Part shown: positions 61,470 to 64,000 of the stretch, piece by piece | How positions within the stretch are numbered: the first letter of the stretch is position 1 | How the letters are laid out: each line of letters begins with the position of its first letter | Source: an uncultured Acidobacteriota bacterium | Lineage (GTDB): Bacteria; Acidobacteriota; Terriglobia; UBA7540 | Direction of reading: 5' to 3' | DNA: 64,000 bases | Assembly (NCBI GenBank): GCA_963804995.1 | Contig: CAWDSK010000005.1 | Location: forward strand, 384,001-448,000 | Made by a program: the position numbers and the translations under genes | The notes under the pieces: generated by a model | Told to the model about the DNA's origin: nothing | What the model saw: only the letters and a program-made list of their open reading frames with translations | Databases searched by the model: none

Positions 61470-61841
61470 ATGCCGGAAGTTGAGATCAAGGTGGTAGGCA
61501 GGAGTGGCCAGATTTCCCTGGGCAAGAATTACGCCGGCAGAACGTTCCGGCTGGAGCGCGTGAACGACGGCCGCATTGTGCTCACCGCTGTTGCGCTGGT
61601 TCCGGAAAGTCAGCTCTGGACGCTGAGGGAGCCGCATCGTTCGCGAATCGAACGCGGACTTGCCTGGGCGGGGGAAACGAAGCCTCGGGAGACCCGGGTG
61701 GAAACTCTGCTGAAGCGAAGATCCCGGACCGAGAATCTCCCAAACACCGCCAGTACGGGTGACCCTGTGGCGAGTTGGCGATCTTTTGCGGCCTGGCCCT
61801 TGCCCCAGTCAAACGTTCGGATCATGAGCGGCCCGACGTAG
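61470..61841 (+). CDS. AbrB-like antitoxin-type protein, no partner toxin seen
   Basis: IKVVGRSGQISLGKNYAGR...VPESQLW...IERGLAWA. Confidence 0.6.
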   Translation: MPEVEIKVVGRSGQISLGKNYAGRTFRLERVNDGRIVLTAVALVPESQLWTLREPHRSRIERGLAWAGETKPRETRVETLLKRRSRTENLPNTASTGDPVASWRSFAAWPLPQSNVRIMSGPT

Positions 61842-61963
61842 GAGGCCCAGTCCCCCACTCCGAACGGGTAGCCATGGCCCCGCCGCCAACCCAACTCGGC
61901 GCGCCCCCTATAGCGAAAGCAACTGGCTTGCGGAGGGCAGGCAGCAGCTTCGGGGACAGGACA

Positions 61964-62137
61964 CTAACTCGTCCCCGTTAAGCTGGTCGAGGCGCTACTA
62001 AAAATCGCGCTGATTGCGCTGGCCACTGTCTTTATTGAGACAATTGCGGCAAGGGCAATCAGGGTTACGAGCAAAGCATATTCCACAAGATCCTGGCCTT
62101 CTTCATCCTGCCAGAGCCGCTTCATTAGATTTTGCAT
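61964..62137 (-). CDS. Flp family type IVb pilin (57 aa, below the ORF-track cutoff)
   Basis: MQNLMKRLWQDEEG|QDLVEYALLVTLIALAAIVSIKTVASAISAIFSSASTSLTGTS; G-x4-EY motif; GGAGG RBS. Confidence 0.92.
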   Translation of the reverse strand: MQNLMKRLWQDEEGQDLVEYALLVTLIALAAIVSIKTVASAISAIFSSASTSLTGTS

Positions 62138-62207
62138 TCTTCTTTTCCTCCAAAAGATTGGTTTCCTTGTGCATTGAATTCATGTCGCGCAAAACCAGCG
62201 GGGAACC

Positions 62208-62615
62208 TCAGTCCGGCGTGCGTCCTGCGGGTGACACAATGAAAGGCCAAAGCGCAAACTGATAGATTCTAAGATCTGGCGGCGCCTCAGCTACTTCCCC
62301 TTGGTCTGGTATTTGACCGATGGTGTGGAATGTGGAATTCGATACCTCATAGACTTGAACTGAGGGTGTTCCCAGTGCGACTCTCGCCAGGGCCGCCAAC
62401 GTGCGATAGCCTCTAGAGCAGATTCCTCCCGCGCTCTCCCTTTGATCCCAAAGGCTTAAGGAGAGTGCTTTCGTCCCGTCAGAGAGGGTGAAGGCGAGTA
62501 GGCCTCGAAAATGCTTTTGCTTTCGGAAGCGGGGAATAACTTCCTCCTCAAGGATCCTGGTCAGCTCCACTGGGCAGCCCGGTTGCACCTTGATGACAAC
62601 TGCTTGTGCGAACAT
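62208..62615 (-). CDS. Hypothetical protein, ABM-like ferredoxin fold
   Basis: MFAQAVVIKVQPG...EVIPRFRKQKHFRG...LSLWDQRESA...GTPSVQVYEV; GGAGGAG RBS. Confidence 0.6.
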   Translation of the reverse strand: MFAQAVVIKVQPGCPVELTRILEEEVIPRFRKQKHFRGLLAFTLSDGTKALSLSLWDQRESAGGICSRGYRTLAALARVALGTPSVQVYEVSNSTFHTIGQIPDQGEVAEAPPDLRIYQFALWPFIVSPAGRTPD

Positions 62616-62659
62616 GTCACTCCTCCCTGACATTCACCTTCCGCGGGGTAGGGGAGAAA

Positions 62660-62764
62660 CAGGGCGGCCATGCGTTGTGCCAAGTGCTCGAACTCCGCAG
62701 GCGCCACGGGCTTTTCGAGATAATCCACGGCGCCCAATTGCATGGCCTCGAGATAGCACTTCAT
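62660..62764 (-). pseudogene. C-terminal fragment of a receiver domain
   Basis: MKCYLEAMQLGAVDYLEKPVAPAEFEHL with no N-terminal half upstream. Confidence 0.6.
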
Positions 62765-62882
62765 TGTTTTCAACGGCATCTATTTATATGTCGACAGGCC
62801 GGCGACAATCAATTGGACTGACGATTTATTCGGAAGTATGCCTAAGGATATATAATCAGTGGCTCCCTCGCTGCGGAATGCC

Positions 62883-63948
62883 ATGCCTGCGAATCTTACG
62901 CCCCAATACCTCAACGCGGAAAAGCGCTTTAAGAGCGCCAAGGGCACCGAAGATAAAGTGGAAGCGCTGGAAGAGATGCTGGCCACCATCCCCCGCCACA
63001 AGGGGACCGAGAAGATGCAGGCTGAGCTCAAGCGCCGGCTCTCCAAGCTCCGCTCTGAGCAGGCCCGGCGACCCACCAGCCGCATCGACATCATTCACCG
63101 CGTCGACAAAGAAGGCGCGGGGCAAGTGGCGCTCGTCGGGCCACCCAACAGCGGCAAGTCACAGCTCGTTCGAACGTCTCACCCACGCCACTCCGGAGGT
63201 CGCGGATTATCCTTTCACCACCCGCATCCCGTTGCCGGGGATGATGCCTTTTGAAGACGTGCAAATCCAGCTTGTCGACTTGCCTCCCGTGCATCCGGAT
63301 TTCGCCGAGTCGTGGCTTTATCAAATCATTCGGAACGCCGACGCCACTCTGCTGGTCGTCGACCTGAGCGACCCGGACCTTTTGGAGGATTTGGAAACAA
63401 CGCTCGGCCAACTTGATAACGCCAAAGTGCGGCTCACCAATGTTGCCCCGGGCTTTGGCATGGTATCTGGCCATGCTGGGCTAAAGCCCGGCGCTACTCC
63501 AGGCGTAACTGCGGACTCTACCGTGGAAGGCTTGCCCATCGCGACGGGGTGGCTGGCGAAGCGAACCCTGCTCGTCGCCAATAAAATGGATGCCAGCGGC
63601 GCCGAAGAGGATTTCGAAATCTTGAGCGAACTCTATGGCGCGCGCTTTCCTCTGGTGCGAGTTTCGGCCGAAACGGGTGAAGGATTAGACGAGCTTCGTA
63701 AGGCGGTGTTCGACATGCTGCAGATTATCCGCATCTACACCAAGGCCCCGGGAAAGAAGTTGGAGCGCGTCGCGCCCTACGTCCTCAAGCGCGGCTCGCG
63801 GCTGATTGACCTCGCCGCACACGTTCACCATGATTTCCTGACGCAACTGAAGTATGCTCGCCTGTGGGGTCATGGAAAGTTTGAGGGCCAGATGGTGAAC
63901 CGCGACCACCTGCTGGAAGATAAGGACGTGGTGGAATTGCACCGGTAG
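62883..63948 (+). CDS. OBG-family DRG-like GTPase with TGS domain, +1 frameshift near 63172
   Basis: MPANLTPQY, IPRHKGTEKM, GPPNSGKS, then YPFTT, LVDLPP, ANKMD, SAETGEG, IRIYTK, VHHDF, LEDKDVVELH. Confidence 0.9.
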
Positions 63949-64000
63949 GGGATCGGGCCATCGGGTCATCGGGCCATTTCGTGATTTAGGAATTGTGGGA

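Overview
A GC-rich bacterial window, most likely from Acidobacteriota/Terriglobia (inferred from the Oar-type TonB receptor, the secreted hydrolases and the repeat landscape). Genes: an hdrCBA-flxDCBA electron-bifurcation cluster interrupted by an IS; several secreted or carbohydrate enzymes (GH36, BNR/sialidase-like, GH63-like, metallophosphoesterase, calpain-like protease, YVTN-phosphoesterase); an ECF sigma/anti-sigma locus; three type II toxin-antitoxin pairs plus an orphan antitoxin; a PBP plus SpoIID-peptidase pair; adenosine deaminase, UvrD/PcrA, a DRG-like GTPase and an Flp pilin missed by the ORF track. Mobile DNA: three complete ISs (DDE IS4/IS701-like with a HARE-HTH-like accessory gene, ISKra4, IS630). 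The most unusual content is non-coding: nested REP-like palindromes and MITEs (one MITE family sits in REP loops with a 3-bp duplication; the DDE IS is flanked by a 22-bp duplication of a REP; a REP lies in frame inside the GTPase), a gap-free triple 52-bp repeat with a sigma28-like layout, a back-to-back ECF promoter pair, and two candidate structured RNAs (one ZTP-riboswitch-like). Five +1 frameshifts in otherwise intact genes probably reflect assembly errors. I found no tRNA, rRNA or CRISPR array. All family assignments come from motif recognition by eye, not database searches.
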